Counted from the first letter of the stretch, positions 18,171 through 29,812 are shown. The stretch: DNA of 57,936 bases from Nitrospinales bacterium (GCA_023248535.1 JAHFEJ010000009.1:1-57936); one strand, 5' to 3'. Made by a program: numbers and translations. The notes: generated by a model from the letters alone, not told the origin.

Positions 18171-20607
18171 TACCGGGCGGGATGCGGAAGGGGCTGAGGA
18201 AAACGGTCAGCCGGAATTGAAAGTGCCGGAATTTCTGCCGTTGTTGCCGGTGCGGGATATCGTGGTTTTTCCATACATGATTTTGCCGCTATACGTAGGC
18301 CGGGAGCTGTCGATAAACGCGGTCAACGAGGCGCTCGCGACCAGCCGGATGATGTTACTGGTGGCGCAGAAGGATCAGGCGAAGGATGATCCCGCACCGG
18401 AAGACCTGTACAAGGTCGGGACGGTGGTGACGGTCGTGCGCATGGTGAAAATGCCGGATCAAAGGGTGAAGATATTGGTGCAGGGGCTGGCCAAGGCCGT
18501 CATCCAGGAATTCGTTTCGGAAAAGCCGTTCATAAAGGTGCGGGTGGAGCAATTCTCCGATGAGGCTGAGGAGAAGCTGCCCAGCATGGAAGCCGAGGCT
18601 TTGGTGCGCGCCGTGAAAGAACATCTTTCCAAAATGATGGAGAAAGGGAAGATCATATCCCCCGACATTCTTGCGGTGGCCGAGAGCATCGAGGAGCCGG
18701 GCAAACTGGCCGACCTTGTGGCGAGCAATCTGGGGCTTAAGGTGGAAGACGCCCAAGTCGTGCTGGAAACCGCTTTACCCCTGAAGCGTCTGATGAAAAT
18801 CAGCGACCTGCTGGGCCGCGAACTGGAACTGCTCTCCATTCAGGAAAAAATACAGACCCAGGCCCACGACGAACTTACCAAAGCTCAACGCGAATATTTT
18901 CTGCGCGAACAACTGCGGCAGATACAAAAAGAGCTGGGAGATTCCGACGACCGGGGGGCGGAAGCGGCCGAGCTGGATGAAAAAATCAGGAAGGCGATGA
19001 TGCCCGAAGCGGTCGAGAAAGAGGCGCGCAAACAGCTTTCCCGCCTTGCTAAAATGAATGCCGAATCGGCGGAAGCCACGACCGCGCGCACGTATCTCGA
19101 CTGGCTTATCGATCTGCCGTGGTCTGTGAGCACCGCCGACGCCATTGATATTCCGAAGGCGAAGAAAGTACTGGACGAAGACCATTACGATCTTGAGAAA
19201 ATCAAGGAACGCATCCTGGAATACCTTGGCGTGGCGAAGCTGAAAAAAGAGATGAAGGGGCCGATACTCTGTTTTCTCGGCCCGCCAGGCACCGGGAAGA
19301 CCTCGCTGGGCAAATCCATCGCCCGCGCGCTGGGGCGGAAATTCGTCCGGATGTCGCTGGGCGGCATGCGTGATGAATCGGAAATACGGGGCCACCGCCG
19401 CACGTATATCGGCTCGCTGCCGGGCCGGATCATTCAGGGGATCAAAACCGCCGGTTCCAACAACCCGGTTGTCATGCTGGACGAAATCGACAAGCTCGGC
19501 ATGGATTTCCGCGGCGATCCCGCCTCGGCTTTGCTGGAAGTGCTCGACCCGGAGCAAAACTGCACATTCACCGACCATTACATCGCCGTACCGTTCGACC
19601 TCTCGAAGGTACTGTTCATCTGCACCGCGAACACGGCCGACCCCATACCGGGGCCGTTGCGCGACCGCATGGAGATACTGACGCTCTCCGGCTATACCGA
19701 AGAGGAGAAGTTGTCGATAGCTAAAAAATATCTGGTGCCGCGCCAGATGGAAGCAAACGGCATCAGCCCGAAACACATCAAGTTCGGCGATGATGCCATC
19801 CGCGCCATCATCAACAACTACACGCGGGAAGCGGGGTTGCGCAATCTGGAGCGTGAACTTGCAACTGTTTGCCGGAAGGTGGCGCTTGGTGTGGCGGAAG
19901 GGAAGGGGAACGGCCCGGTAAAAATAATGGCGGGCGGCGTGAGCAAGTATCTCGGCACCGCGCGCTTTATGCGGGAAGAGGAAAAGGAAAAGGCGCAACT
20001 GGGGGTTGCCACGGGTTTGGCATGGACGCCCTTCGGCGGCGAGATCATGCACATCGAAGTAACGACCATGCGCGGCAAGGGGAATCTCATCATCACCGGG
20101 AAACTGGGAGAGGTGATGCGTGAATCGGCGCAGGCGGCATACAGCTATTGCCGCACCAACGCCGCGAAATTGGGCATCGACAGCGATACCATCGCCAACA
20201 GCGACATCCACATCCACGTTCCCGCCGGCGCCATCCCGAAGGACGGGCCTAGCGCCGGCATTACCATCGCTGTGGCGTTGGCCAGCGCATTGAGCGGCAA
20301 ACCGGTGCGTAACGACGTGGCGATGACAGGCGAAATTACTCTGCGCGGCAGGGTGCTTCCCATCGGCGGGTTGAAGGAAAAAACGCTGGCTGCCATGCAG
20401 GCCGGTTTAACCACCGTTATCATCCCGGAACAGAATCTTCCCGATTTGCAGGATATTCCCGAATACGTAAAGAAGAACCTTACGTTTATACCGGCCCGAA
20501 CGGTTGATACGGTGCTCCACAACGCGTTCAAGCGTGCACCCGCGAAGCAGGAAAAGTCCACTGGCAAGGCGGCTGACGCGGCGAAGAAGAAAAGTAAGAT
20601 ACGGTGA
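18163..20607 (+). CDS. lon: ATP-dependent Lon protease
   Basis: LON N-domain 'LPLLPVRDIVVFPYMILPLYVGR', Walker A 'GPPGTGKTS', Walker B 'VVMLDEIDK', catalytic 'PKDGPSAGIT'. Overlaps the hsp20 stop by 8 nt. Confidence 0.97.
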   Translation: MSDTGRDAEGAEENGQPELKVPEFLPLLPVRDIVVFPYMILPLYVGRELSINAVNEALATSRMMLLVAQKDQAKDDPAPEDLYKVGTVVTVVRMVKMPDQRVKILVQGLAKAVIQEFVSEKPFIKVRVEQFSDEAEEKLPSMEAEALVRAVKEHLSKMMEKGKIISPDILAVAESIEEPGKLADLVASNLGLKVEDAQVVLETALPLKRLMKISDLLGRELELLSIQEKIQTQAHDELTKAQREYFLREQLRQIQKELGDSDDRGAEAAELDEKIRKAMMPEAVEKEARKQLSRLAKMNAESAEATTARTYLDWLIDLPWSVSTADAIDIPKAKKVLDEDHYDLEKIKERILEYLGVAKLKKEMKGPILCFLGPPGTGKTSLGKSIARALGRKFVRMSLGGMRDESEIRGHRRTYIGSLPGRIIQGIKTAGSNNPVVMLDEIDKLGMDFRGDPASALLEVLDPEQNCTFTDHYIAVPFDLSKVLFICTANTADPIPGPLRDRMEILTLSGYTEEEKLSIAKKYLVPRQMEANGISPKHIKFGDDAIRAIINNYTREAGLRNLERELATVCRKVALGVAEGKGNGPVKIMAGGVSKYLGTARFMREEEKEKAQLGVATGLAWTPFGGEIMHIEVTTMRGKGNLIITGKLGEVMRESAQAAYSYCRTNAAKLGIDSDTIANSDIHIHVPAGAIPKDGPSAGITIAVALASALSGKPVRNDVAMTGEITLRGRVLPIGGLKEKTLAAMQAGLTTVIIPEQNLPDLQDIPEYVKKNLTFIPARTVDTVLHNAFKRAPAKQEKSTGKAADAAKKKSKIR

Positions 20608-20611
20608 ACGC

Positions 20612-21283
20612 ATGACCGAAGATCAAGCTGGGGCGGCGCCGGATACAGCGGCGGAATCTCCACCGCCGCGGCTTCACGGCGTGGTTGATATAGCCGGCTG
20701 GATGCGCGAAGGGTGGCGGATTTATAAGACAGAACCGCTGGTTTTCGCGCTGGTTACCGCCATTTATGCCATGTTGCTGCTTATCGCCGCGAACATCCCG
20801 GTGGTTGGCCTTTTGCTTGCCGGGCCTTTTAGCGTTGGATTCTACCTGGTGGTGGCCGATATTTCCCTTGGCAGGGTTTTTAATGTGTGGCGTCTTTTCG
20901 AGGGATTCAAGTATTTCCTTCCGGCGGCTGTGGCCTATTTTGCTATCACTTTTTTTACCGTCATTGGATTTATCCTGCTCATCATTCCCGGTATTATAGT
21001 GACGGCGTGGTACCTGTTCGCCTTCCTGTTTATCGCGGACCGCGGGTATGGCTTTTGGCAGGCAATGGAAGCGAGCCGCCAACTGGTGCGGCAGGATACC
21101 ACCGGCTTCGTTTTCTTTTTGGGCGCGATGGGGCTGCTGAACCTGTTGGGCGCGCTCTGCCTTGTTCTTGGGCTGCTGGTAACCATGCCGGTCACCTATA
21201 TTGCCACGTTTGCCGCATACCGCGGGCTGATGGGGCTTCAGAAGCTATCCGACCAGCCATCTCCTCCGCCACTGCACATTTAA
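20612..21283 (+). CDS. hypothetical polytopic membrane protein
   Basis: ATG at 20612, 4 nt after the lon stop. ~5 hydrophobic helices and a Pro-rich C-terminus. No family recognised with confidence. Confidence 0.55.
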   Translation: MTEDQAGAAPDTAAESPPPRLHGVVDIAGWMREGWRIYKTEPLVFALVTAIYAMLLLIAANIPVVGLLLAGPFSVGFYLVVADISLGRVFNVWRLFEGFKYFLPAAVAYFAITFFTVIGFILLIIPGIIVTAWYLFAFLFIADRGYGFWQAMEASRQLVRQDTTGFVFFLGAMGLLNLLGALCLVLGLLVTMPVTYIATFAAYRGLMGLQKLSDQPSPPPLHI

Positions 21284-21335
21284 CGCACTTTTTTTATCGC
21301 TTCGCGCCCATTCAATATGGGGGATAATTGAATGT

Positions 21336-23417
<2,082 letters not shown>

Positions 23418-23436
23418 CGAAAACAGGGAGGAGAAT

Positions 23437-24015
23437 ATGGTACTCACCGCTTCCACCATGCTGCCATTGGGAACGAAGGCGCCGCCTTTTTCGTTGAAAG
23501 ACACCAGCGGCCGCACCGTCTCGCTGGATGATTTTAAATCAGCAAAAGCCCTGTTGGTCATCTTCATGTGCAACCACTGTCCATATGTGAAACACGTAAG
23601 CAAAGAGTTGTCCGCGCTGACGAAAGAGTATATGGCCAAAGGGGTTTCGGTGATTGGCATTAACAGCAACGACGCTGAAAAATATTCCGATGACAGTCCT
23701 GCCAACATGGCAAAAGAGGTCAAGGCAGCGGGGTACGCTTTTCCTTATCTATTTGACGAAACCCAAATGGTGGCGAAAGCATACCACGCCGCCTGCACGC
23801 CGGAGTTTTACGTATTTGATAGGAACCAAATGCTCATCTACCGGGGACAGATGGATGCCAGCCGTCCGGGCAATAACATCCCGGTTACCGGCGTTGATCT
23901 GCGCCGCGCGCTGGATGCGGCGCTGGGCGGCAATGGGGTTCCCGGCGAGCAGCGCCCTGGCATGGGTTGTAACATCAAATGGAAACCGGGCAACGAGCCG
24001 GACTACTTCCGTTGA
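23437..24015 (+). CDS. thioredoxin-fold (AhpC/TSA-like) thiol-disulfide oxidoreductase
   Basis: GGGAGGAG RBS. 'GTKAPPFSLKDTSGRTVSLDDF...LVIFMCNHCPYV' carries a CxxC motif. Confidence 0.8.
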   Translation: MVLTASTMLPLGTKAPPFSLKDTSGRTVSLDDFKSAKALLVIFMCNHCPYVKHVSKELSALTKEYMAKGVSVIGINSNDAEKYSDDSPANMAKEVKAAGYAFPYLFDETQMVAKAYHAACTPEFYVFDRNQMLIYRGQMDASRPGNNIPVTGVDLRRALDAALGGNGVPGEQRPGMGCNIKWKPGNEPDYFR

Positions 24016-24043
24016 TGAATTGACTCCCAGCCGGGATGGGAGT

Positions 24044-24068
24044 ATAAATAGAAATCATTTCTATTTAT
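24044..24068. promoter_or_regulatory. Fur-family (probably Zur) operator: perfect 12-1-12 palindrome
   Basis: ATAAATAGAAAT-C-ATTTCTATTTAT lies 16 nt upstream of the Fur-family gene's ATG and overlaps a TATAAA -10-like hexamer. Confidence 0.6.
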
Positions 24069-24083
24069 GAAAGCAGGCTCTTT

Positions 24084-24515
24084 ATGGAAAAAAACACTGC
24101 ATATCATACGCTCCTGAAAAACCTTGGTTTGAAAGTCACGCCTAAAAGGCTGGCACTGCTGTCGGTTTTGGGGGAAGAACACCGCTATCTCAGCCCCGAA
24201 GAGGTTTGGAAAAAGCTGAGGCGGAGTTTTAAAAACCTGGGCTTGCCCACTGTTTACCGCAATATGGAAGAGCTTGAGCGCCATGGAGTAATCTCAAAAG
24301 TGCTGCATTCCAACAGGCAACTCTACTATTACTTCTGTCCCAAAACGGGGCACCATCACCATTTCGTTTGCCTGGAATGCCGCATAGTGGAGGATATTTC
24401 GGTCTGCGCGGTGCGCGAAATGGAAAAGGAAATCAAGCGGCGCGTCAAGGGAACCGTAACCTCGCACATCCTTCAGGTAAACGGCCTTTGTAGTGGCTGC
24501 GCGGGGAAGCAGTGA
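24084..24515 (+). CDS. zur: Fur-family metalloregulator, probably Zur
   Basis: Winged helix 'VTPKRLALLSVL...YLSPEEVW', 'HHHHFVCLEC' and a C-terminal 'CSGC'. Heads an operon with the metal ABC genes. Confidence 0.8.
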   Translation: MEKNTAYHTLLKNLGLKVTPKRLALLSVLGEEHRYLSPEEVWKKLRRSFKNLGLPTVYRNMEELERHGVISKVLHSNRQLYYYFCPKTGHHHHFVCLECRIVEDISVCAVREMEKEIKRRVKGTVTSHILQVNGLCSGCAGKQ

Positions 24516-25264
24516 TGGATATTCAAAACAGCGCCATCGCCGTTACGGGGCTTACCGTCAGTTACAATAGCCGTGTGGCGCTGGAGGATATCACCTTCAG
24601 CGTTGCCAACGGGGCGTATCTCGGCCTTGTGGGACCCAACGGCAGCGGCAAGAGCACGCTCATTAAAGCAATGCTTGGCCTCCAGCAATCAGTTTCGGGT
24701 GATGTCTATTTTCTCGGTAAAAAGCGCGCCGATTTCCGTGAGCGGCACCGCATTGGTTACCTGCCGCAGAAGATTTCGCATTTCAACCCGTATTTTCCGG
24801 CAACCGTGCGTGAAATCGTGGCGTTGGGCCTTCTTTCGCGCAAGATGGAAAGCGGAGCCGAAGACGCGGCGGTAGAGAATGCGCTCGCCCTGTTGGACAT
24901 CGATGGCATTAAAGATAAATTGATCGGCGAGCTGTCGGGCGGGCAATTACAGCGGGTACTTCTTGCACGCGCAATCGCGGGCAATCCCGCCGTTCTTTTA
25001 CTGGACGAGCCAACCACTGCGCTTGACCCCGAAACGCGCGAACGCTTTTATGCCACGCTGGAAGCGCTCAACCGGGATATGAAGACAACCGTGGTGTTGG
25101 TGACGCACGACATCGGCACTATCGGCAAGTACGCTTCGCAAATGCTGTATCTCGACAGGAAGGTGGTATTTCATGGTGGATTCAACGATTTTTGCGCATC
25201 GGGCGACATGAAGAAGTATTTTGGCGAATACAGCCAGCATGTAATTTGTCACCGGCACGATTGA
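24512..25264 (+). CDS. znuC: metal (Zn/Mn) ABC transporter ATP-binding protein
   Basis: Walker A 'GPNGSGKST', signature 'LSGGQLQRVLLARA', Walker B 'LLLDEPTTALD'. Start/stop overlap with zur. Confidence 0.85.
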   Translation: MMDIQNSAIAVTGLTVSYNSRVALEDITFSVANGAYLGLVGPNGSGKSTLIKAMLGLQQSVSGDVYFLGKKRADFRERHRIGYLPQKISHFNPYFPATVREIVALGLLSRKMESGAEDAAVENALALLDIDGIKDKLIGELSGGQLQRVLLARAIAGNPAVLLLDEPTTALDPETRERFYATLEALNRDMKTTVVLVTHDIGTIGKYASQMLYLDRKVVFHGGFNDFCASGDMKKYFGEYSQHVICHRHD

Positions 25265-25268
25265 GATT

Positions 25269-26078
25269 ATGCCGGAGTTATTGAGTTACGGTTTCGTCTG
25301 GCGCGGGCTGATTGCCGGCTGCGGCGTGGCCGTTATCTGCTCCATGCTGGGGGTGGTGCTGGTGTTGCGGCGATTATCGCTCATCGGCGATGGTTTGGCG
25401 CATGTCTCCTTTTTCGGCGTTGCCGTTGGATTGCTGCTGCGGGCAACGCCGGTGTTTGTGGCGATCCCGGTGGTGATGGCCAGTTCGTTGGGCATTCTCA
25501 AGTTGGCGCAGCGGGCGCGGCTTTACGGTGATGCGGCGATAGGGATGGTGTCTGCCGCCGGTGTGGCGGGGGGGATTATCCTCGCATCCAGGGGCGGCGG
25601 TTTTAACGTTGATATTTTCAGCTATCTATTTGGCAATATTCTGGCGGTCAGCGCTGCGGAGATGTATCTTTCGGCGGCGCTTTCGGCGGCGGTGGCGGGT
25701 ATCATGATGTATTACCATCGTCTGTTGCTGTCGGTCTCATTCGATGAAGAGTTCGCCGCCGTATCCGGGGTGAATACCGGCAACATCAACACCCTGCTTG
25801 CGTTGCTTACCTCGGTCGCGGTGGTGCTCACCATCAAAATCGTCGGCATGCTTCTCACCTCGGCGTTGCTGATCATTCCGGCGGTCACCGCCATCCAGCT
25901 CGGACGCGGCTTTCGCGTGACGATGGCGGTGGCTGCGGTACTGGCGGTGGGGTCGGTTATCGCCGGAATGGCGCTTTCATTTTATGGTAACATCCCCGGC
26001 GGCGCGGCCATTGTGCTGGTGAACATCATTTTCTTTTTTCTCTCGTTTCCCCTAAAACGGTTCGGCGCGCAATTGTAA
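25269..26078 (+). CDS. znuB: metal ABC transporter permease (ABC-3 family)
   Basis: 269 aa with ~8 TM helices. 'LSLIGDGLAHVSF' is typical of ZnuB/MntB-type permeases. Confidence 0.85.
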   Translation: MPELLSYGFVWRGLIAGCGVAVICSMLGVVLVLRRLSLIGDGLAHVSFFGVAVGLLLRATPVFVAIPVVMASSLGILKLAQRARLYGDAAIGMVSAAGVAGGIILASRGGGFNVDIFSYLFGNILAVSAAEMYLSAALSAAVAGIMMYYHRLLLSVSFDEEFAAVSGVNTGNINTLLALLTSVAVVLTIKIVGMLLTSALLIIPAVTAIQLGRGFRVTMAVAAVLAVGSVIAGMALSFYGNIPGGAAIVLVNIIFFFLSFPLKRFGAQL

Positions 26079-26165
26079 CTATATTTTACGGCCAGCTGTT
26101 TTTGGGCTACACTTGGAGTGGTGGCAGTTTCTTTCGCAATGGCTTGAACCGGGGAGGAATGGGGT

Positions 26166-27596
26166 ATGGGCACAATGAAAAAAACAAAAATTGTCGCTAC
26201 TCTGGGGCCATCTTCCGACGGTCCCACCGCCGTCAAACGGCTTATCGCCGCGGGAGTGAACGTTTTCCGCATTAATGCATCGCATGCTTCTCCCGATGAA
26301 ATCCGCCGGCAGATACGCAATGTCCGCAAGGGATCGGCGGCGGCGCGTTACCATGCCGCCGTGCTGCTTGACTTGGGCGGGCCTAAGATCCGCGTGGGGG
26401 AGTTTGAATCCGGTGAAATGCCGTTGCGCGACCGCAAAGAGGTTCTGATGAAAGTCACCCGCGCGGCAAGCGACGGTTCTTTCATCCCCGTCTGGTACGA
26501 TGGATTTTATCAGGACGTGGGTAAAGGGAACCGGGTGCTGCTGGATGACGGCAAGATGGCCTTGCAGATTATTGACAAAAAAGGGGGCGTCATCCGCGCA
26601 ACTGTATTGAACGGCGGCATGTTAAAGAACAAGAAGGGGATTAACCTGCCCGAAGCTTCCATCAGCGCCGATCCTGTCACTGCAAAAGACCTGCGGGATC
26701 TCAAAACGGGACTGGCCGAAGGGGTGGAGTACGTGGCCCTTTCGTTTGTCCGCGAGGCGGCCGATGTGCTGCGGATAAAAAAGCTGATAGCCCACGCCGG
26801 TTCGCATGCCGAAGTAGTGGCAAAAATCGAACGGCACGAGGCGGTGAGGAACATTGACGCGATAATCGACGTGACCGGCGCGGTGATGGTGGCGCGCGGT
26901 GATCTCGGGGTTGAGATGCCGTTGGTGCAGGTGCCGGTGATCCAAAGGAGTATAATCCACAAATGCCGCGACGCGGGCAAGCCGGTGATTGTAGCGACTC
27001 AAATGATGGAATCGATGTTGAACAGCCCCCGGCCCACGCGTGCCGATATATCGGATGTAAGCGGCGCGGTGCATTCTTACGCCGACGCGCTTATGCTTTC
27101 GGGCGAGACCGCGGTGGGGCGTTATCCGGAAGAGTGCGTACGGGTGATGGCCGGCGCGGCATTGGAGATGGAGCGCTACCAGCACGACCAGTCCACAACC
27201 CGTTCGTGGGATATTTCCCGGGAGACCGTCACCGAGGTGAACCACGCGGTCGCGCGCGCGGCGGTTAGTTTGGCTGATATTCTGGACGCCGCCGGTATTG
27301 TGGTGGTGACCGATAGCGGCTACATGGTGAAACAGATAGCCGTTTTGCATCCGAATACGTCGATATTCGCCTTTACCCGCTACGAGTACACATTGCGCAA
27401 GCTGGCGCTGGTGCGCGGCGCTGTGCCGTTTTTACAAAAATTCGGCAAGGAAATAGCGCAAAGCCTGCCCGGCATGATGGCGCAGCTTAAACGGCGCAGG
27501 CTGGTGGAGAAAGGCGACAGGGTGGTGCTGGTATCCGGGATGAGGATGGACGGTCCCAGCGCGCCCAACATGGTCCGCGTCGAGACCGTTCCGTAA
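26166..27596 (+). CDS. pyk: pyruvate kinase
   Basis: 'KKTKIVATLGPSS', 'FRINASH', 'MVARGDLGVEMP' and 'VATQMMESM'. The start may be ATG 26175. Confidence 0.95.
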   Translation: MGTMKKTKIVATLGPSSDGPTAVKRLIAAGVNVFRINASHASPDEIRRQIRNVRKGSAAARYHAAVLLDLGGPKIRVGEFESGEMPLRDRKEVLMKVTRAASDGSFIPVWYDGFYQDVGKGNRVLLDDGKMALQIIDKKGGVIRATVLNGGMLKNKKGINLPEASISADPVTAKDLRDLKTGLAEGVEYVALSFVREAADVLRIKKLIAHAGSHAEVVAKIERHEAVRNIDAIIDVTGAVMVARGDLGVEMPLVQVPVIQRSIIHKCRDAGKPVIVATQMMESMLNSPRPTRADISDVSGAVHSYADALMLSGETAVGRYPEECVRVMAGAALEMERYQHDQSTTRSWDISRETVTEVNHAVARAAVSLADILDAAGIVVVTDSGYMVKQIAVLHPNTSIFAFTRYEYTLRKLALVRGAVPFLQKFGKEIAQSLPGMMAQLKRRRLVEKGDRVVLVSGMRMDGPSAPNMVRVETVP

Positions 27597-27613
27597 AACG
27601 GCCGGTTCCGCGT

Positions 27614-27913
27614 TCAGCCGGTGACATGAACGGCAAAAGCGAGCAACTTTTCCACCGCCTGGATGCCGCGTGATTCCCCTTTTTCGATAAATATCATGTC
27701 GCCCGCCGACACTACCACATCTTTTCCCTCTATCGTCATGGTTGCTTTGCCTTCCACGATATAAAAAACACCGGTGCCGCCGGGGTGGGGCGGGATGAAC
27801 TGTCCAGGTTCCATGCAGATGAGCGGTACTTTGAGGCCATTGGCATTGCGCAGAATTTGCGGCTGGAACATGGGATTAAACTGAATGCGTTCCGACAGCG
27901 TGATTTTTTCCAT
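27614..27913 (-). CDS. cupin-domain protein
   Basis: 99 aa. 'PGQFIPPHPGGTGVFYIVEGKATMTIEGKDVVVSAGDMIFIEKGESRG' is a cupin_2 core. Confidence 0.8.
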   Translation of the reverse strand: MEKITLSERIQFNPMFQPQILRNANGLKVPLICMEPGQFIPPHPGGTGVFYIVEGKATMTIEGKDVVVSAGDMIFIEKGESRGIQAVEKLLAFAVHVTG

Positions 27914-28037
27914 TTAAAGCGTCCTCTTAATGAAGTGTAAGCGTTATTTTAATGTGAATATAGCGTATGCACTGGCGGGCTGGTATCACAAAAGTCATGG
28001 TGTAATTTAATCCCGCCATTATCCGGAAATCCCACGG

Positions 28038-28424
28038 TTAACGCCGTTTAGCCTGACGCAACACGCAGTTCAACAGAAGTTCCACCGATGTGATGTCCTT
28101 TTCGGGCGCGGTGAGGTAGATTTCACGGAGCGCCAGGGTTGTATCCACCAAGCGGCGTTGGCGCGCGCTATTTTCCGCGCCAGAATTGATAAATTGCAAT
28201 TTATCCACCCTTCCCGCCAGCGTAGGTATTTTTCCGGTAAGCAGCCAGTCGATCGAGCAACCTGTTCCCCTTTGCAGTTTGAGCAGGTTCTCATAGGTTG
28301 GGATTTTTCCCTTTTGCCAATAATTTTGAAAAAGTCCTTTTTCGATGCCGCACTTTCGGGCGAAGGTGTACGGGCGTTGCATTCCCATGAGTGCTTTGAG
28401 GCGATCTTTAAATGTTTCTGTCAT
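28038..28424 (-). CDS. helix-turn-helix regulator (phage CI-repressor-like N-domain)
   Basis: 'FKDRLKALMGMQRPYTFARKCGIEKGLFQNYWQKGKIPTYENLLKLQRGTGCSIDWLLTGK'. Confidence 0.65.
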   Translation of the reverse strand: MTETFKDRLKALMGMQRPYTFARKCGIEKGLFQNYWQKGKIPTYENLLKLQRGTGCSIDWLLTGKIPTLAGRVDKLQFINSGAENSARQRRLVDTTLALREIYLTAPEKDITSVELLLNCVLRQAKRR

Positions 28425-28583
28425 GACATCTCTCCCAAATGGCTGGTTTGCCGGACAAAGTTATGAATGGTGAAAAAAAAAGTATATAATTTGCCCCATC
28501 CACCCCCATGCCCATACGGGTGGGGCGGGAAAGGAATGAGTAGTAATAATAAAACCGAAAGGCGTTCCATGTGTTGGAGTAAA

Positions 28584-28597
28584 ACGCATATATGCGT
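28584..28597. promoter_or_regulatory. perfect 14-bp palindrome in the divergent HTH-HTH intergenic region
   Basis: ACGCATATATGCGT sits about 20-45 nt upstream of the candidate starts of the + strand HTH gene. Confidence 0.35.
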
Positions 28598-28617
28598 AAA
28601 TGTCAAGTAGTAAATAA

Positions 28618-29019
28618 TTGCGGGCGCGTGATGAGGTTTTGGTGTCCGGCGCAGTGAATTTGGCCGAAGTTGGGAGGCGGCTGAAGAAGTTGCGTGGTGA
28701 TGTTTCCCAAGAAGCAGCCGCGGCCGATGCCGGCGTATCGCAGGACATGGTATCCCGTTGCGAAAGGGGGATGGCTTATCCGCCGCCAAATTATCTTTTC
28801 TGGGTTGCCGCGCGCGGTTTTGTTACGGTGGATTGGATATTGACCGGGCGCAATCCGGACCAGTATTCCAAAGCAGTAGCTGATGTGCAGAAAAAATATG
28901 GCCCTCCCATGGCAGCCGGTGACCGGGTGCTGGTGGAGGCTTACCGCAGGGCCTCTGCTGAAACGCAGCAGGCGATCCGTCTGTTGCTGAAGATTGAAAA
29001 AGCCAAAGGCAATTATTGA
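28618..29019 (+). CDS. XRE-type helix-turn-helix regulator
   Basis: 'VGRRLKKLRGDVSQEAAAADAGVSQDMVSRCERG...VTVDWILTGRN'. The start is uncertain (TTG 28618, GTG 28642 or GTG 28654). Confidence 0.65.
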   Translation: MRARDEVLVSGAVNLAEVGRRLKKLRGDVSQEAAAADAGVSQDMVSRCERGMAYPPPNYLFWVAARGFVTVDWILTGRNPDQYSKAVADVQKKYGPPMAAGDRVLVEAYRRASAETQQAIRLLLKIEKAKGNY

Positions 29020-29083
29020 TCTTTTCCTGTTATTTCAAGAGTGTGGATTTTGCTTCCGTTGCCAAAAGTGGATGGAAGATGTT

Positions 29084-29812
29084 CTACCGTGCGCAGCGAA
29101 AGCCGACAAGGAAAATTCGGCTATCGGGGTTATCGTACCCTCGGTTGGCCGTGCGGAGGTAGTTCGCATTGTTGAACCAAGAGCCGCCGCGCAGAACCCG
29201 CTTGGCCCCTTTTGATGGCCCGCCCGGGTTTTGTTCAGGGCTATGTTGGTAATAGTTGGCGTCATACCAATCAGCCACCCATTCCCACACATTTCCGCTC
29301 ATATCAAATAAGTCCAATCCGTTGGGCTTTTTCTGTCCTACAATATTCGTTTTACTGTCGGAATTATTGCCAAACCACGCATAGTCACCCAGCCGCTGTT
29401 CATCGCTCGTTCCAGAATACTTCTCGGTTTTTCCCCCGGCGCGGGCTGCGTACTCCCATTCCGCTTCGGTTGGCAACCGTTTTCCCGCTTTCCCGCAATA
29501 GGCGCTTGCTTCGTTCCAGTCCACTTGTTCCACCGGACAGCCTGGGCACCCTTTGAAATAGGAAGTGTTTTTTCCAGTCACCCTCTCAAAATCGTCTTGG
29601 GTTACCTCGTATATATCCAAATAAAAATCATCCAGACATACCCTATGTTCAGGCCTCTCATCCGGCTCGCCCGTGTTACTTCCCATCTCGAAACAACGTC
29701 CCTGCACAAATACCATTCCCTCTGGCGCGGTTGGCAGCTCGGAGGAGGCCGCCGCCAGCGGCAGGGAAAGCGCGAGTAGCAGTGGAATCTTGACGAGTGC
29801 TGGAAATTTCAT
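29084..29812 (-). CDS. exported formylglycine-generating-enzyme (SUMF1/FGE-sulfatase) domain protein
   Basis: Signal peptide 'MKFPALVKIPLLLALSLPLAAA'. Contains 'ERPEHRVCLDDFYLDIYEVT', 'LPTEAEWEYAARAG', 'GNVWEWVADWY' and 'RVLRGGSW...RIFLVGFRCAR'. Confidence 0.9.
   Translation of the reverse strand: MKFPALVKIPLLLALSLPLAAASSELPTAPEGMVFVQGRCFEMGSNTGEPDERPEHRVCLDDFYLDIYEVTQDDFERVTGKNTSYFKGCPGCPVEQVDWNEASAYCGKAGKRLPTEAEWEYAARAGGKTEKYSGTSDEQRLGDYAWFGNNSDSKTNIVGQKKPNGLDLFDMSGNVWEWVADWYDANYYQHSPEQNPGGPSKGAKRVLRGGSWFNNANYLRTANRGYDNPDSRIFLVGFRCAR

Noticed and set aside
18775-20217. 480-aa minus-strand ORF inside lon
   Set aside because: The longest antisense ORF in the window, but it mirrors the codon periodicity of lon. 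It is Arg/Phe/Gln-rich without motifs. The Lon frame is unambiguous.
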